Assembly (NCBI GenBank): GCA_028534125.1
Contig: CM052816.1
Coordinates: forward strand, 85,996,001 to 86,060,000
Direction: 5' to 3'
From: Lama glama
Taxonomy: Eukaryota
Length of the DNA stretch: 64,000 nt
Shown here: positions 49,330 through 61,875 of the stretch, piece after piece
Layout: each line of letters begins with the position of its first letter
Numbering within the stretch: the stretch's first letter is position 1
Made by a program: the position numbers and the translations under genes
Notes under the pieces: model-generated
Databases searched by the model: none
Told to the model about the DNA's origin: nothing
Seen by the model: the letters and a program-made list of their open reading frames with translations, nothing else

Positions 49330-52300
49330 TCTTTTCAGGCACTTTTTTAGACCTTGATACAAAAATGATTAAAACAGTTGAACTGAAAGTCTGTGCAATT
49401 GCTGGCTAATATGAAAGCATCACATCTGATAGACATAAGCACAAAGCGAGTTCACACCCAACCCCAGGCTCTTCTCCAAAGGCATCCACAAGGTGCTCGT
49501 GAGAAACAATGAGCAGCAAGTTGAAAGACTGAAGAAATCTCCTTCCATAGTGCAGTCCTGGAGCAGAGAAGCAGCTACTACTGCAGTAAAAGAATAAATA
49601 CTTAGTCACATGATTTTCCCCCAAGGAGCAAAAGCCTTAAACTGGCAGGACCATGACAGCAAATTTGTTACACCAAGGGAACAGGAAAAGACTCACCAAA
49701 GCAGGAGAAAAGGAAAAAGAAAAAAGTCATTTACCCTTGAGGAGGGGAAAGAAATCATCTTTGGCAAAACTGTCAGGACTCAGCATGGGAGAATTGGTAG
49801 AATCCCTGAGAAAACCCAACATCTGTGAATTTGTGACTTAAGAGCTGAGACTGAGACTGAAATGAGACACCAGAGAAACCTCCCATGCCCTCTCCCCTAC
49901 TCTCCCACCAGATTAGTTGGCCCTAGTTAACAAGCAATAGCAGCCTGCAGGGGACAGAAGAGCAAGTAGAGACGTAAGCACATAGCGAAGACCTAAAACT
50001 GAGAACAGAGTAACAAAATGATAAAGATTCTCTGGCAAACAAAATCCCACATGAAGCACATTATGACACTAGAGAAGTTTGAAAGCAATGATGCAAGGAT
50101 GGCAATGACAAAATCCAAAACCAGTTCAACTTCAGACTAGTAATGACCTAGTAAAATTAGTATGTTAAAACCTTTATCAGGACAACTGGCATGAACACAT
50201 GAGGAGATTCAACAGAATGTATAAAAGAGAATAGGAATTTGGAATGTCAAAATCATAGTAACAGTAATGAAGAATGTCTTCAAAAGACTCATCACTAGAC
50301 TTAACACAGTAGAGGAAAGAATCAGTGGACATGAACATAGATTAGTAGAAATTATCAAACTAAAGCCTAAAGAACAGAGTGTATAAAACAAAACCAAACA
50401 AGATAAAACAACAGCACCAAAAAACAAAAAGAAAACAGGACAGAGCACCCAGAAGCTATCAGACAATATAAAATGCCCTAACATATGTAATTGGAATCCC
50501 AGAAGATGAAGAGAGCTAAAAAGGGCAAAACATAATTGAAAATTTAACAGATGAACATTTTCCAAAAATAATGAAAGATATCAAACCACAGATCCAAGAA
50601 GTTCAGGAAACAACAGGAAAAAATGTAGGGAAAAAAACACATTTTAAATTATAGTAGAGTAAATTACAGAAAAGAGAAAAACAGAGAACAGAAAATTATA
50701 GGTAGAGAAAAACAGAAAAGTGGGACACAAAACAAATGAAAGAAACAGAAAATAAACAAGAGAATATATTTTTATCAAATCACAATAATTATATTAAAAG
50801 TAATATGTCTGAAAATACAAAATTATTTAGACACATAGTACCAAAAATTTTAAAAAACAAAGATAAAAGTAAATTTTGGAAGGAGCAGGAGAATAAGACA
50901 TGTCAATAACAAAGAACAATAAGGAAATAGGCAGATTTCTCACCAGAAGCTACACTAATTTGAATTGAAGATAATAAACTGATAGCTTTAAAGTACTTGA
51001 AGAGTAAAAGTAAAACAAAAGTGTGATGTGTCAACTTGGAACTGCACACCACCAAACTTATCTTTCAAAATTGAAGAATATAACCATTTATTCAGAAAAA
51101 AACTTCTCTCACGCATGCAAACACACAGAAGAAAATATATCAGAACTGAACTATAAAAATTGTTGAGGGCAATTCTTCAGATAAGATAAATATGATACCA
51201 GAATTTGGGTTAGATAACATGATGAAATAAAGATCTCTGTTAAAAGTAAAAATGAAAATAAATTTGCAATATTTTCTTTTATTTTGATTTCAATTATATT
51301 AAAGACAGTCAAGAAGCAAAAGAGTAGCATTGTATTATTGATTTAGAACATTTGTATAAATAAAATATATGACAAGAATAACACAAAAGATAGGAAGAAA
51401 TATTTGGAGATACACTTATAAAGTTCCTACCCTATAAATTAGGCAATGTAAAGTTATATGAAGGTAGATTGTGATTAATTAAATATAAATATATACAGAA
51501 AGCCCTAGAGCAACCACTAACAAAATTACAAAAAGAGGTTTAAATCAAAAGGCAATAATAGGGAGAAAATGAGGACATAAAATATTCAAATACTTAAAAA
51601 AAAAAAAGAAGCAGGTAGAGAAAAACAGAGAAGCAGGATACAAAGAACAAATGTAAAAAAACAGAAAATAAACAAGAGAATATATTTTTATCAAATCACA
51701 ATATCAAAAGTAATTTGTCAAAAAATGCCAAATAAAGGTCAGAGATTTTCAGATTAAAGAAAACAAGTGCAAGTATATGTTATTTACAATAAAAGCATTT
51801 TAAATATCAAAGTATTTAGAGGTTAAAAATATATATCATATGTGACAATGAGTGTGTATATGTCCATGAATGACTGAAAAATTGTGCTGAACACTGGAAT
51901 TTGACACAACATTGTAAAATGATTATAAATCAATAAAAAATGTTAAAAAAACCAAAAAAATATATATATATCATGCAAGCACAAACCAAAGAAAACTGGA
52001 AAGCTGTGTTAATATCAGACAAGCAGACACCAGATCAATAAGCATTACCAGAGAGAAACAAAGATATCACACAAGACAAAGAGACCGATTTAAAAAAATT
52101 GCATATGATTATTTATCTAAACATAGGTCTTCAAAAGCAATAATACATATTAATCAACTAAAATTCCAGATAATAGTAATACATTTGACACGTGTAGATA
52201 GGGGAGTATTAAGTGTATCCTAAATACTTTATTTTAATATAGAGAAATAAATAATCTGTTGGCAAGTTTGGACACATCAATTAAAGAAAATGGAGTTAAA

Positions 52301-52900
52301 CATGTTTTTGGAGGTTTAATATATAATTTATACCACAAAAAAACAAAATACACATTTTTGAAAATTATTCAGAACACAGTACAACCACATGTTATATAGG
52401 GAAACATAAGGATGCACAGATAGATGTTATGGATATGGACATGATGAGGATATATTTGGAAGAATGTTAACCTACAATATGTATGTGTGTATGTAATGTA
52501 TACTCATGTTTATTGTTATATTATTGTTATATATGTACTTCAATAGATATAACACAAAAATAATATAGTAAAAAGAAAACAAGATGATAGTGATGTAAAT
52601 CTAAGTATTGCAGATATAAATATACAGCTATATAGAATTTTAATTTTCAAATAATACCCAAAAGAAACTATAATTTAAAACATTAGCATATTTGATAGCA
52701 AAATTGAAATGTTATTATAGCAAGATACTACAATGATTTTTAATCATATATATGTCTAATAGAAATATGACAAATATTAATATAATTACCTTATAGAGAG
52801 TTTCAAACTATATATATATAATATATGTAAACAAAATTGACAGAAGAAAATTGGGCCATATTCAATAACAGTCAAAAATTTTTCTCATAAAAAATTGAAA
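49330..52900 (+). mobile_element. Old L1 (L1M-type): 5' UTR, ORF1 remnant, inter-ORF and ORF2 endonuclease start
   Basis: ORF1-like gaagaatgtcttcaaaagactcatcactagacttaacacagtagaggaaagaatcagtg and KPQIQEVQ...RHIVPKILKNKDK. Endonuclease-like catgcaagcacaaaccaaagaaaactggaaagctgtgttaatatcagacaag. Confidence 0.8.
51840..51955 (+). mobile_element. Severely 5'-truncated young L1 3' end (camelid/cetartiodactyl-type) nested in the old L1
   Basis: atgtgacaatgagtgtgtatatgtccatgaatgactgaaaaattgtgctgaacactggaatttgacacaacattgtaaaatgattataaatcaataaaaaa plus A-tail. Flanked by aaaaa(ta)n-tcat duplication at a TT|AAAA site. Confidence 0.8.
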
Positions 52901-53131
52901 AAAGTAATTACTCCATAAGTAATTGTAGAGATGCTTAAAAACGTCTGTACTATCATAGGTTTTAGGTAAGTGTAACAACTTTTTTTTTAATATCTGTATG
53001 TGGTGGGATTAAGAGTTGCTCTTAATTTTTTATCTTAATTTTTTTTCTTAAATTTTTTTAACAAATGGGTATTTATTTTCTCTTTTCTTTTTCTTTTTTC
53101 CTTTTTCTCTTTCCTTCTCTCTTTTTTTTTC

Positions 53132-53256
53132 TATAGTATAATAAGAAATATATTTGGTCTTTGTCCCCAGTTTCTGGTACAGAGTTCCCCAAACCCTTGG
53201 AATTTCCTGAGTGATGGAAGTATCTTTTGTTATGTACAAGAAACCCTTTATGAACT
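53132..53256 (+). mobile_element. MER21-like LTR terminal fragment
   Basis: ataagaaatatatttggtctttgtccccagtttctggtacagagttccccaaacccttggaatttcctgagtgatggaagtatcttttgttat. Confidence 0.75.
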
Positions 53257-55479
53257 ATAAAAATAGAAAATATATGAAACAATAGAGCATTCAGAATGCT
53301 TACAGTTTATCATTAAATATATTATACTGGATATAAGCATGTGCCTGGTTAGTGAAATAGTGATCAACTTACCACTATGTGTTACTTTGTCTGTTTTTTA
53401 TTATGTCAGAGGAATACACAAAAAAGGCATCTCAAAAATGTTAGTGGCTATGAGGTGTAGGATATACTAACATTTTTTCTATGTGAAAAGTAGCAGTGTT
53501 TATTGAGTTCACATAAATGACAAATACCCAGTAGAAGGTATTTCATCACATCTTTAATAAAGAATGACAGAGTAACTTAGCAGTAACTATTACTATCTAA
53601 TCCTACAGTATTGGGAGCTGAATTCCTAGAGTTGTTGTTACTATTACTGAAATCATCTGAGGGCTTAAAGCATGGGTACTCTGTGTCAAGTGAATAGCTG
53701 TAGGTGGTGGGTAGATCATACGGTACTATAAGGAACCAGATCAGCTCTGAATCAGCTCTTGTGGCCTTCCTACTTGGTTATTCCCAATGGCCTGAAATAT
53801 AGGATTGTTTTGACAGTTGTCAATGTCACTTGCCTACTCTGTTTTTTTCCCTCCTAAAACACAAATTTCAGAGAATGATCTTAGCAGAGGAATCAACAAG
53901 TGAACGGAAGATTACCCATGCTGCACTGTTGGGGTTCTATTGACCTAATATTACATTCATACTTCCTTCCATCTGAACATATTATAACAGAAGAGTAGAC
54001 AGTATATGGTATATTAGTGTCATGGTAATTGTCAGAGAAAAATCCTGAAAAAGCAGAAAGTCTTTTGTACATGATGTTAGAAGTTTGTATAAATATTGCC
54101 AGCTTCTGTATGAAACTACCCATACCCCCTGAACAAATTGCCTAGGACTGGGGAATATAGCTTTAAATTAATTTATCTACTAAATGCATAAGAGGTGAGT
54201 CATAATAGGAAAACTAGACTATAGTCTGACTTTGTGAGGCATGTACTGCCTAGTCAGATTATTCTTTGATTCCTAAAGCACAGGAGGCAGTGGGAAAAGA
54301 AGGCGCTAGCAAGTGGGTGTGTTAAATAAAATAGGAAACAAGGCATGCTTGTACTTCTGTTTCTGCTCTGCTTCTGTTCATGCCTCAGTAGAACTTCACA
54401 AGGTTAATGTTAGGCTTTTTCCAATAAGAATAGAAAATGTTTCTTCCATGCAGAGGATGGTGAGAGGGACTGAAAATTTGCCCTGTAAAAATCTCCAGAC
54501 TGAAAAGAGAAAGCTCAGCTGGAAATTCTATTCTTTCCATCACAAACCTATGAGGCATAAGAAATGTAGCATTGTATCTCACAACTATATAATTATCTGG
54601 TTTAAGAATTTGGGTGTTGAGAGTACTGAACGTGAATGGGCTGTGGTTCAGAGAGGTTAGGGAAGACTGGAATAAGCTGACCCTGCTAGTAGCGTGGTGT
54701 GTTAAGTCTTTCTTTCAGTTGGCTGGCTTGGACACTTAGAGAAATAGATAACTTATGACATATGAGTTTGCTTTCACAAAGTGCTAAGAATATATTTTCA
54801 GCAGAGCATACTAGGAACCACTGAGTTGGCAGATATTCAATAAAAATAGTTTCTTGACTGTGTCCAGATTCTTACAGGAAACTAGTAGTTTCAATGCTGC
54901 CAGATTGTGGGAAGCCGCTTATTAGGGATCATCAAAACAGTTATATTTCCAAATATATCACGTTAAAAAATATCAAACTGTATGTTCACAAAAATTTTAT
55001 TTACAAGCCACGATTCCTCTTCTAATATCCAGGTTTGGGGCACAGTATCTTTCCTGGAGCTACATAATACTCTCTATCCTAGATATATTCTCTTAACATG
55101 TGAGCAGTCAGATTGGAAGTGACCATGCGCTGTCTATATAGCATTACCTACCAGTTTAAGGCTTACTTAGGACAGGGCAGAAAACTTGTCTTCAACAGGG
55201 TCTACCATAAGCCCCATAATTTAGCCTATAAAATTCCTCTTTTGCTTTGCTTGGATGGCTCAAGAAGGGAAAAGAGATCATGGTCCACCTTAGCCTAACT
55301 AAAATCAATTTTAGTGTCACCAGAAAAAAAAAACGTTTGGGACAAAAGCATTAATAGTATATTTTAAGTAGTGATGCACAGATACTCCCTAAATGTCTCT
55401 GTGCCTAAGAAATAGCCTGTAGCTTTTCAAAGTGTTATGGAACCTCGTGTCCTTCAAGTCAGGGTTATCATGCACTCTC

Positions 55480-55790
55480 CAATAGTATTGACTTTACTGT
55501 GCTAAGCCATATTCTCAGGTTTTTTTTGTTTTGTTTTATTTGTCTTGCTTTTTGCCTCAGGAGGCTGAGCCCTGTGGAATAATCACATGGCCTTCCTTGG
55601 TGAATAGTTTTGTTTGAGTTGGACCAAAATCATATTCTTAGGAGACTGGAGGACAGGGAAGGAGTTCAATCAGGGTGTTTCTTCACTTCTCTCTTCCATA
55701 CTTATTTGCAATAGTGACTGAATCCTCATTGATTACCATTTTCTTTATTGGACCCTCCCAGTTTACTCTTTCAGAAAAAGAATGTCTAAA
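55480..55790 (+). mobile_element. ERVL LTR (LTR16/LTR33-group-like), probable 5' LTR
   Basis: gcctcaggaggctgagccctgtgga...ccttccttgg...ggagactggaggacagggaagg...agggtgtttcttc. Confidence 0.5.
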
Positions 55791-56152
55791 GATGAGACAA
55801 TAGTGAATGTATTACTTCAGCTGCTCACCTTTAGTGTTATATGATCCAATAAGTTAGAAAATTGAGTGGTGCTGCATCATTGCAACATTAATTAAAGTAG
55901 AATGTATATGAATGGACTCAAATAGCCCTCAAAGCCACAAATTAATTGCAAGTAAGCATTGTTGAAATTCCCATGGTACTTACACCTGATGTAAGTGTGT
56001 GTGTATTCTTTTTTTTGGAGTACCTAAGTTCTTGTGAGGAATTCCATAAGATTAGTTAACGAATAATAAGAATGTAGGTCTCAATTACAGGTAGTAGAAG
56101 CAGAAATGGATTTTTACTGTATTACAGCCAAGAATGACTCAAGGGGTCGTTC

Positions 56153-56700
56153 TGCACTCTAGTTAACCATGTTGGTGTTAACAGCTCCAAAACAATAATT
56201 ATTTTAGTTATTTTATTATACAACACTATTTTATGTGTCAGGAATTTGGGAAGGGATAAGCTGAGTGAATAATCTGTTCTGTGTGTTGCCAATGAAAGTC
56301 ATTTGATAGAACTCATCTGGTGGATTGTCTGGTCCGGAATGTTCAAGATGGCTTCACTCCCAAGCCAGGCGACTTGTCAGGTATAACAGGGAGCCCACAC
56401 TCACCTGGGGTTGTCAGCTGGAGGGTCTAATCATAATCTTTGCAGCATGGTGGCTGAAGAAAATTGGACTTTTAATACGGTGGCTTAGGGCTCCAGGAGT
56501 GAGTATTCTCAATGAATGAAATAGAAGACAGTTGGTCCTGTAAAATCTATCTTCCTAACTCACATACTGTTGCTTCTCCTATATTGTACTAGACACATCA
56601 TTCACAAGCCTTCTCAGGTTCAAAGAATGGGAGCACAGGTCTCCAAATCTTATTGGGAAGAGTGTCAGAGTATATACACACATGTTTTAAAACCATCACA
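56153..56700 (-). mobile_element. MaLR LTR (MLT1F/G-like) nested in an ERVL internal region
   Basis: gtcaggaatttgggaaggg; gttcaagatggcttcactc; ggtggcttagggctccaggagtgagt; ends tgttttaaaaccatcaca. Confidence 0.8.
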
Positions 56701-56709
56701 CTGTTAAAA

Positions 56710-57990
56710 GAAGTGAGGGCAGGAAGTCTGTCGTTTTGGCAGAAGTCTGCACAGTACAACTAGTTTTCCATATTGCTTTGAAAGAAAGATGTTATGGACT
56801 CATAGTGGCTAATGGGTTCAATGGAAGAACATGAGGAGATTAGTGATAAGGAAATCTGGTGGAAAATTATGAAATTATGGGGATGGACATTTTGGAATCT
56901 GCACAGGGTGTAAATATATTTTCATTTCATGTGAGTCCATATAGAGTTTAGGAGGCTCTCAAAAACGGGTGGACAAGATAACCTGTTTTGTACATGTCAG
57001 AGAGTCTTATTTATACTCCAGTGTTTGCTCAATGAAGATGTGTATAAAATGTCCAAAGTGGTACAGATGGATAGTATAAATGGGTGCAATAATATGGTTT
57101 ATGTTGTCCCAAGTCTTATCTGGCTATAGCATATCTACTGAATGCCCAGGGTGAAACCCAACATGGTACCAGCAACAAAGCCCAGATGGATTCTGGTGCT
57201 AATAACCAGGATTGAGAGGAAGACTATAATGTAGTCAGCCTTTTTCTTCACATCTCTGTGGTTTAGGCTTCTGTGAATTGGGTCGTTCTAATGCACAAGG
57301 GGTCAATAATGTTACCAGGGGATAGTCATGATTATAATACACTGAAAATTGAGACTGTTCCACTTAGGTTACATATGCCACTAAACCAAAAAGCAGAAGA
57401 TGAGATTATTGTACTCTCGAAAGTCATTGATTGTGACTCCTGCAGATCAGAGAGACTCCTGCAGGGTTGAGAGACTTGGGTTGCAGATATATATTAGATA
57501 TGTATTAGCAAAGAGTGTTATGTTTGGAATCCAAGAGATTCATCAGGATGCCTATTAATAGTTTTTGTCCAGTAGCACTGCTCAGTGGAACATTATGACA
57601 ATTCAATAAAAATAGATGCCACAAGGATTAAAAAATATATATTGGTCCACTTAGATGAAGGATCCAGTCTATCAGCTGCTGAGATAAAGTAAAGAGAATA
57701 TGGCATTGGTAATAAAAGAAGATAGTTTTATTTCAACATAGTCTTCAAGATCCACTACAAAAGTGAAAATCAAGCTGTTTTCATTTACATTATTTTTTAA
57801 TCCATCTCTCTCACTTGTTTTTCTACCTTATGTGAACAACTGTGGTGGTACATAAAGATTTTAATTTCAAGTGGCAATAAATTTGACATTACCTTAGGAT
57901 GAGATTTTGTGGGTTTCTTATGTTCAGGACATAATGTAGTTCACCTTGAAAAAGCATACAAGACAGTAATGAGAGAGAAAAGGGGTTGAC
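56710..57990 (+). mobile_element. Decayed ERVL pol 3' region (RNase H, integrase start, dUTPase) ending in a polypurine tract
   Basis: gagattagtgataaggaaatctgg (KIGDKEIW-like); ggtggacaagataacc (VDKMT-like). ORF 57273..57470 MLPGD...MPLNQKAEDEIIVLSKVID resembles ERVL dUTPase. PPT gagagagaaaaggggttgac at 57971-57990. Confidence 0.8.
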
Positions 57991-58099
57991 TATGTTGAGT
58001 ATGTTTAGTTTGCTTCCACAGATCTAAATGCCACTATTTTATACCCTAGTTTTTCTTCTTGAAGCAGATGTATTCAAACTACCTGTGTCAACTGTCTTG

Positions 58100-59010
58100 A
58101 CAAAATTATTCAACAAACTAGGAATGGAAGGGAACTTCCTCAATTTTATAAAAGATATCTAGAGAATACCCACAGCAAACAGCATGCTTGCTGGTGAAAG
58201 AGTGAATTTCCTCATAAGATCAGGAACAAGACAAGGATTCATGTCTCACCACTCCTATGCAACATTTTACTAGCAGTGATAGCCAGGGCAACTAGCAGGA
58301 AAAAATAAGGCACCCAGTTTGAAAAGAAGAAGAAAACTTCTCTCTATATATAAATTACATAATCTTGCATACAGGAAATCCTAAGAAGTACTCTTAAAAT
58401 CTGTTTGAACTACTAATAAGCAAGTTCAGCAAGACTGTAGATTATGACATCAATATGTAAAAATCATTTGTATGCTTATACATTAATAAAGATTATTCCA
58501 AAAAATGAAATTAACAAAACAATTCCTTTACAATTGTATGAAAAGAATTAAATACTTAGAAATAGATTTAGCTATAAGCAATGCAAAACCTATACTTCAA
58601 AAATTCTATAACATAGTAAGAAAAATTAGAGAAGATGCATGTAAATGAAAAGACATTCCATCTTCATGAATAAGACTTACCATAGAAGGGCAGTTTTCCC
58701 CCAAACAATCTACAGTCTCAAAACAATCCTAACAAAAATACCAGCTAACTTTTTTGCAAAAATTGTTAAGATGATCTTAAAACCCGTACGGAAATGCGAG
58801 GGAGCAAGAATGCTAAGTCTGAAAATAAAGAGCCAAGTTGGAGGACTCTCACTTCCTGATTTCAAAACCAACTTCAAATTTACAGTAAAGACGCTAGTAC
58901 ACTGGTAGTAGCATAAATATGAATGTGTAGTTCAATGGAACAAAATTGAGAGTCCAGAAATAAATCTTACATTTATGGTCAGTTTATTTCTGACAAGGGT
59001 ACCAAGAGAC
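58100..59010 (+). mobile_element. L1 ORF2 reverse-transcriptase region fragment
   Basis: NKLGMEGNFLNFIK... and RSGTRQG; track ORF 58645..58908 (QTIYSLKTILTKIPANFFAKIVKMILK...VGGLSLPDFKT) is decayed L1 ORF2. Confidence 0.9.
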
Positions 59011-60028
59011 TTTTTCGAATGGAGAAATTTGTACTAATCTATAAAGAAAGACAAATTCTAGAGTTTGATTTTTCCATCAAGCAACATTAAATCTTGTTTC
59101 ACCCCCCCCATACTTTCTATGACTTATAATTTACAAAATCTTTCAGTACTCTCTGTTTGTGATTCTTTTATGCACATCTGAAATCATAAAACGGGTTTAA
59201 TCAACTTATACACAGTGTTATTTTAAAGGAATGTTCTGTGTGCTTTTAAACATTTAAAAAGTGACGACTTTAAAATGCAAATTTATATTGCTATTGAAAT
59301 GTGGTTCATAAGTGAAAGTTATCATAATTAAGATTAATATATTTATGTTTCATATCAGTGTGAATAATAGTACTTAACATTTTGACATCTGCATTTATTA
59401 TTCTCTGATAGTTGTTCAATTTATAGTGATTTCAATATATGTAAGGGCAATTTTACTATTTCTGAAAAGCAATTTTCACTTGAAAATGGAAGTGAAGAGA
59501 AAAATATGATCCAATATGAATAAATTTGTTTAACATTTTGTGATTAAAGCAAGCATTTATCCTTTATACTGTTATATATGTTCTTATAATTTTGTCTTAA
59601 AAAATAATCTGATAACCTAAATATAAAGCAAAACCAGTAACTGAATGCTTTTATTGCATTTAAAATTGGATTTTGAAAATCTTTCCAGAAAGGAATAGGG
59701 AACAGGAAAACATAGTAAAATCAAATAATTGAATATGTGGCATATAAGTGTATCTGGAGTAGGAAGAAACAGCTGTCAGTTTTGCCTCTGAAAAGTCGTG
59801 TTTCAGCTCCCTGCCCTGCTCCCACCATTGGCATGGCTTACTTGGACATGGATGGTAACAATCTTAGCAAAGTCCTTCAGCAATGTGAATTGGGCATAAC
59901 GAGCATAAGAGATGTGGTGTCCTCTCTAAATCATCACACATAAATTGCCAATATAATCATTGCTGAAGTTATTTATGGAGGCTCCATTAAAAAGTCAGAC
60001 TTCTGCAGTTGAACTAAAGCTACAAGTA

Positions 60029-60231
60029 CAGTGGTTCTTGACACTCACTGTGTCTCTAAATTATGGGACAGTGTTTTTAAAATACAATATTTGGGGTCCA
60101 TTTGCACAGATTCAGTTTTTTGTGGTCCAAGATAGGACACAGGCATTAGATTTTTTTGTTTGTTTCTTTTGTTTTTTTGTTTTTTAAGAGGCTCCAGATA
60201 ATGCTTAAGTTGCCAGGTTTGGCCAACAGTG
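60029..60231. mobile_element. MER5-like hAT-Charlie MITE
   Basis: CAGTGGTTCT start; cagattcag...caggcattagatttttt...ctccagataatgct...gccaggtttg; followed by acctagaa. Confidence 0.65.
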
Positions 60232-60701
60232 ACCTAGAAAAAGCAGCAATCTTTCATCAGAGGCCTTCAAGGAAAGGTGGAGGTCAGTGGTTTTTAGAAA
60301 TTTTGTTTCAACAGCAAGGCCTAGAACACTGTATTAGGTGGAAGATCAAGAAGACCCTACACCGATTCAATCAGAGCATCTATGTTTAGTTATGTGTGTA
60401 TTTTTCTTCCTTCAGAATAATTCTCTTATTAAATAGCTTTTTAAAACATTGATTTAATTCTAAGCCAACAGAGTCCCAGAGTTGTGAAATTTCTTGCCAA
60501 TATTACAGAGATAATTTCAAGTACTCAGAACAGGTTCTGCTGGGAGTTAGTCATGCAGTTACTTTTTATAATTTTTTTTCTCTCAAATAAATTAATTATA
60601 ATGATGTTAATTATTGTTAATTTAAAAATAAGTTTTAATAAACTAAAAATAATTAGATATTTGAGAAACAGTTGTCTTAGGATTCTCTAAAAATCAAAGC
60701 A

Positions 60702-61085
60702 CAGGTATCCCCACTTTTTGAAAGTTCCCTTTTACCATTTCACTTTTATGAAAGATCAACATTACTATCTGTTCTTGCTAACCAAAAAAAAAAAAAAAAG
60801 GATTTTTGATTCTATGGGGGAGAAAAGACAAAACTGAAAATAGCGTTCAATGTTTGTTTTGCAGTGAGCCTCTGAAATAGAGCCAGTGTGCACCCTGAGC
60901 TGTGAGAGTGGCATCGCCAAGCTCCTTCCCCAAGAATTACACTTAGCAGCTCAGCATCAAGCCCCCATAGTTTTGAACTATGTCTGTGATCATTTGTGCT
61001 TTATATCAATTGGCTTTGTGTATCCGTTAGCAAGATGTGTCCTAAGGTAACTGCTTCTTCGCCTTAGGCCATTTTGGCTTAAGGA
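60702..61085 (+). mobile_element. Tigger (TcMar) non-autonomous DNA transposon, truncated by the gap
   Basis: TIR-like start CAGGTATCCCCACTTTTTGAAAGT. Internal gaaaatagcgttca...gagagtggcatcgccaagctccttcccc...ccgttagcaagatgtgtcctaaggtaa resembles laurasiatherian Tigger derivatives. Confidence 0.7.
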
Positions 61086-61585
61086 NNNNNNNNNNNNNNN
61101 NNNNNNNNNNNNNNNNNNNNNNNNNNNNNNNNNNNNNNNNNNNNNNNNNNNNNNNNNNNNNNNNNNNNNNNNNNNNNNNNNNNNNNNNNNNNNNNNNNNN
61201 NNNNNNNNNNNNNNNNNNNNNNNNNNNNNNNNNNNNNNNNNNNNNNNNNNNNNNNNNNNNNNNNNNNNNNNNNNNNNNNNNNNNNNNNNNNNNNNNNNNN
61301 NNNNNNNNNNNNNNNNNNNNNNNNNNNNNNNNNNNNNNNNNNNNNNNNNNNNNNNNNNNNNNNNNNNNNNNNNNNNNNNNNNNNNNNNNNNNNNNNNNNN
61401 NNNNNNNNNNNNNNNNNNNNNNNNNNNNNNNNNNNNNNNNNNNNNNNNNNNNNNNNNNNNNNNNNNNNNNNNNNNNNNNNNNNNNNNNNNNNNNNNNNNN
61501 NNNNNNNNNNNNNNNNNNNNNNNNNNNNNNNNNNNNNNNNNNNNNNNNNNNNNNNNNNNNNNNNNNNNNNNNNNNNNNNNNNNNN
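61086..61585. other. Assembly gap (500 N)
   Basis: Run of exactly 500 N. Confidence 0.99.
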
Positions 61586-61599
61586 ATGAGACCAAAGAT

Positions 61600-61875
61600 G
61601 ACAAATTTTCTTTTTTTATTTGTTTTATTATTTCTTTATGTTTTCTTCATATTGGAAGGTTACTGGAAGTGTAGAATAGAATTCTAGTTTGATATTTTCT
61701 TTCAGCATTTTAAAGATTGCATTTTCCTGTCCTCTACAATCCAATTTATTGGGTTATTTCTGTTGAGAATCATCTGACAAATTTATTTTTCTCATTTGAA
61801 GTGTATCTGCTTTTTTTTTTTAATGCTTTTACGTAGATTTTATCTTTGTCTTTGGTTTCCACAAGTTTTTCCAAG
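61600..61875 (-). mobile_element. Old antisense L1 ORF1-region fragment
   Basis: gtgtagaatagaattctagtttga...ttttctttcagcattttaaagat...tttctgttgagaa...ttttatctttgtctttggttt. Confidence 0.6.

Noticed and set aside
58645..58908. Protein-coding gene with RT-like similarity
   Set aside because: It is a fragment of decayed L1 ORF2 with surrounding frameshifts and stops.
60990..61604. 204-aa ORF
   Set aside because: It is mostly the 500-N gap, so it is an artefact.
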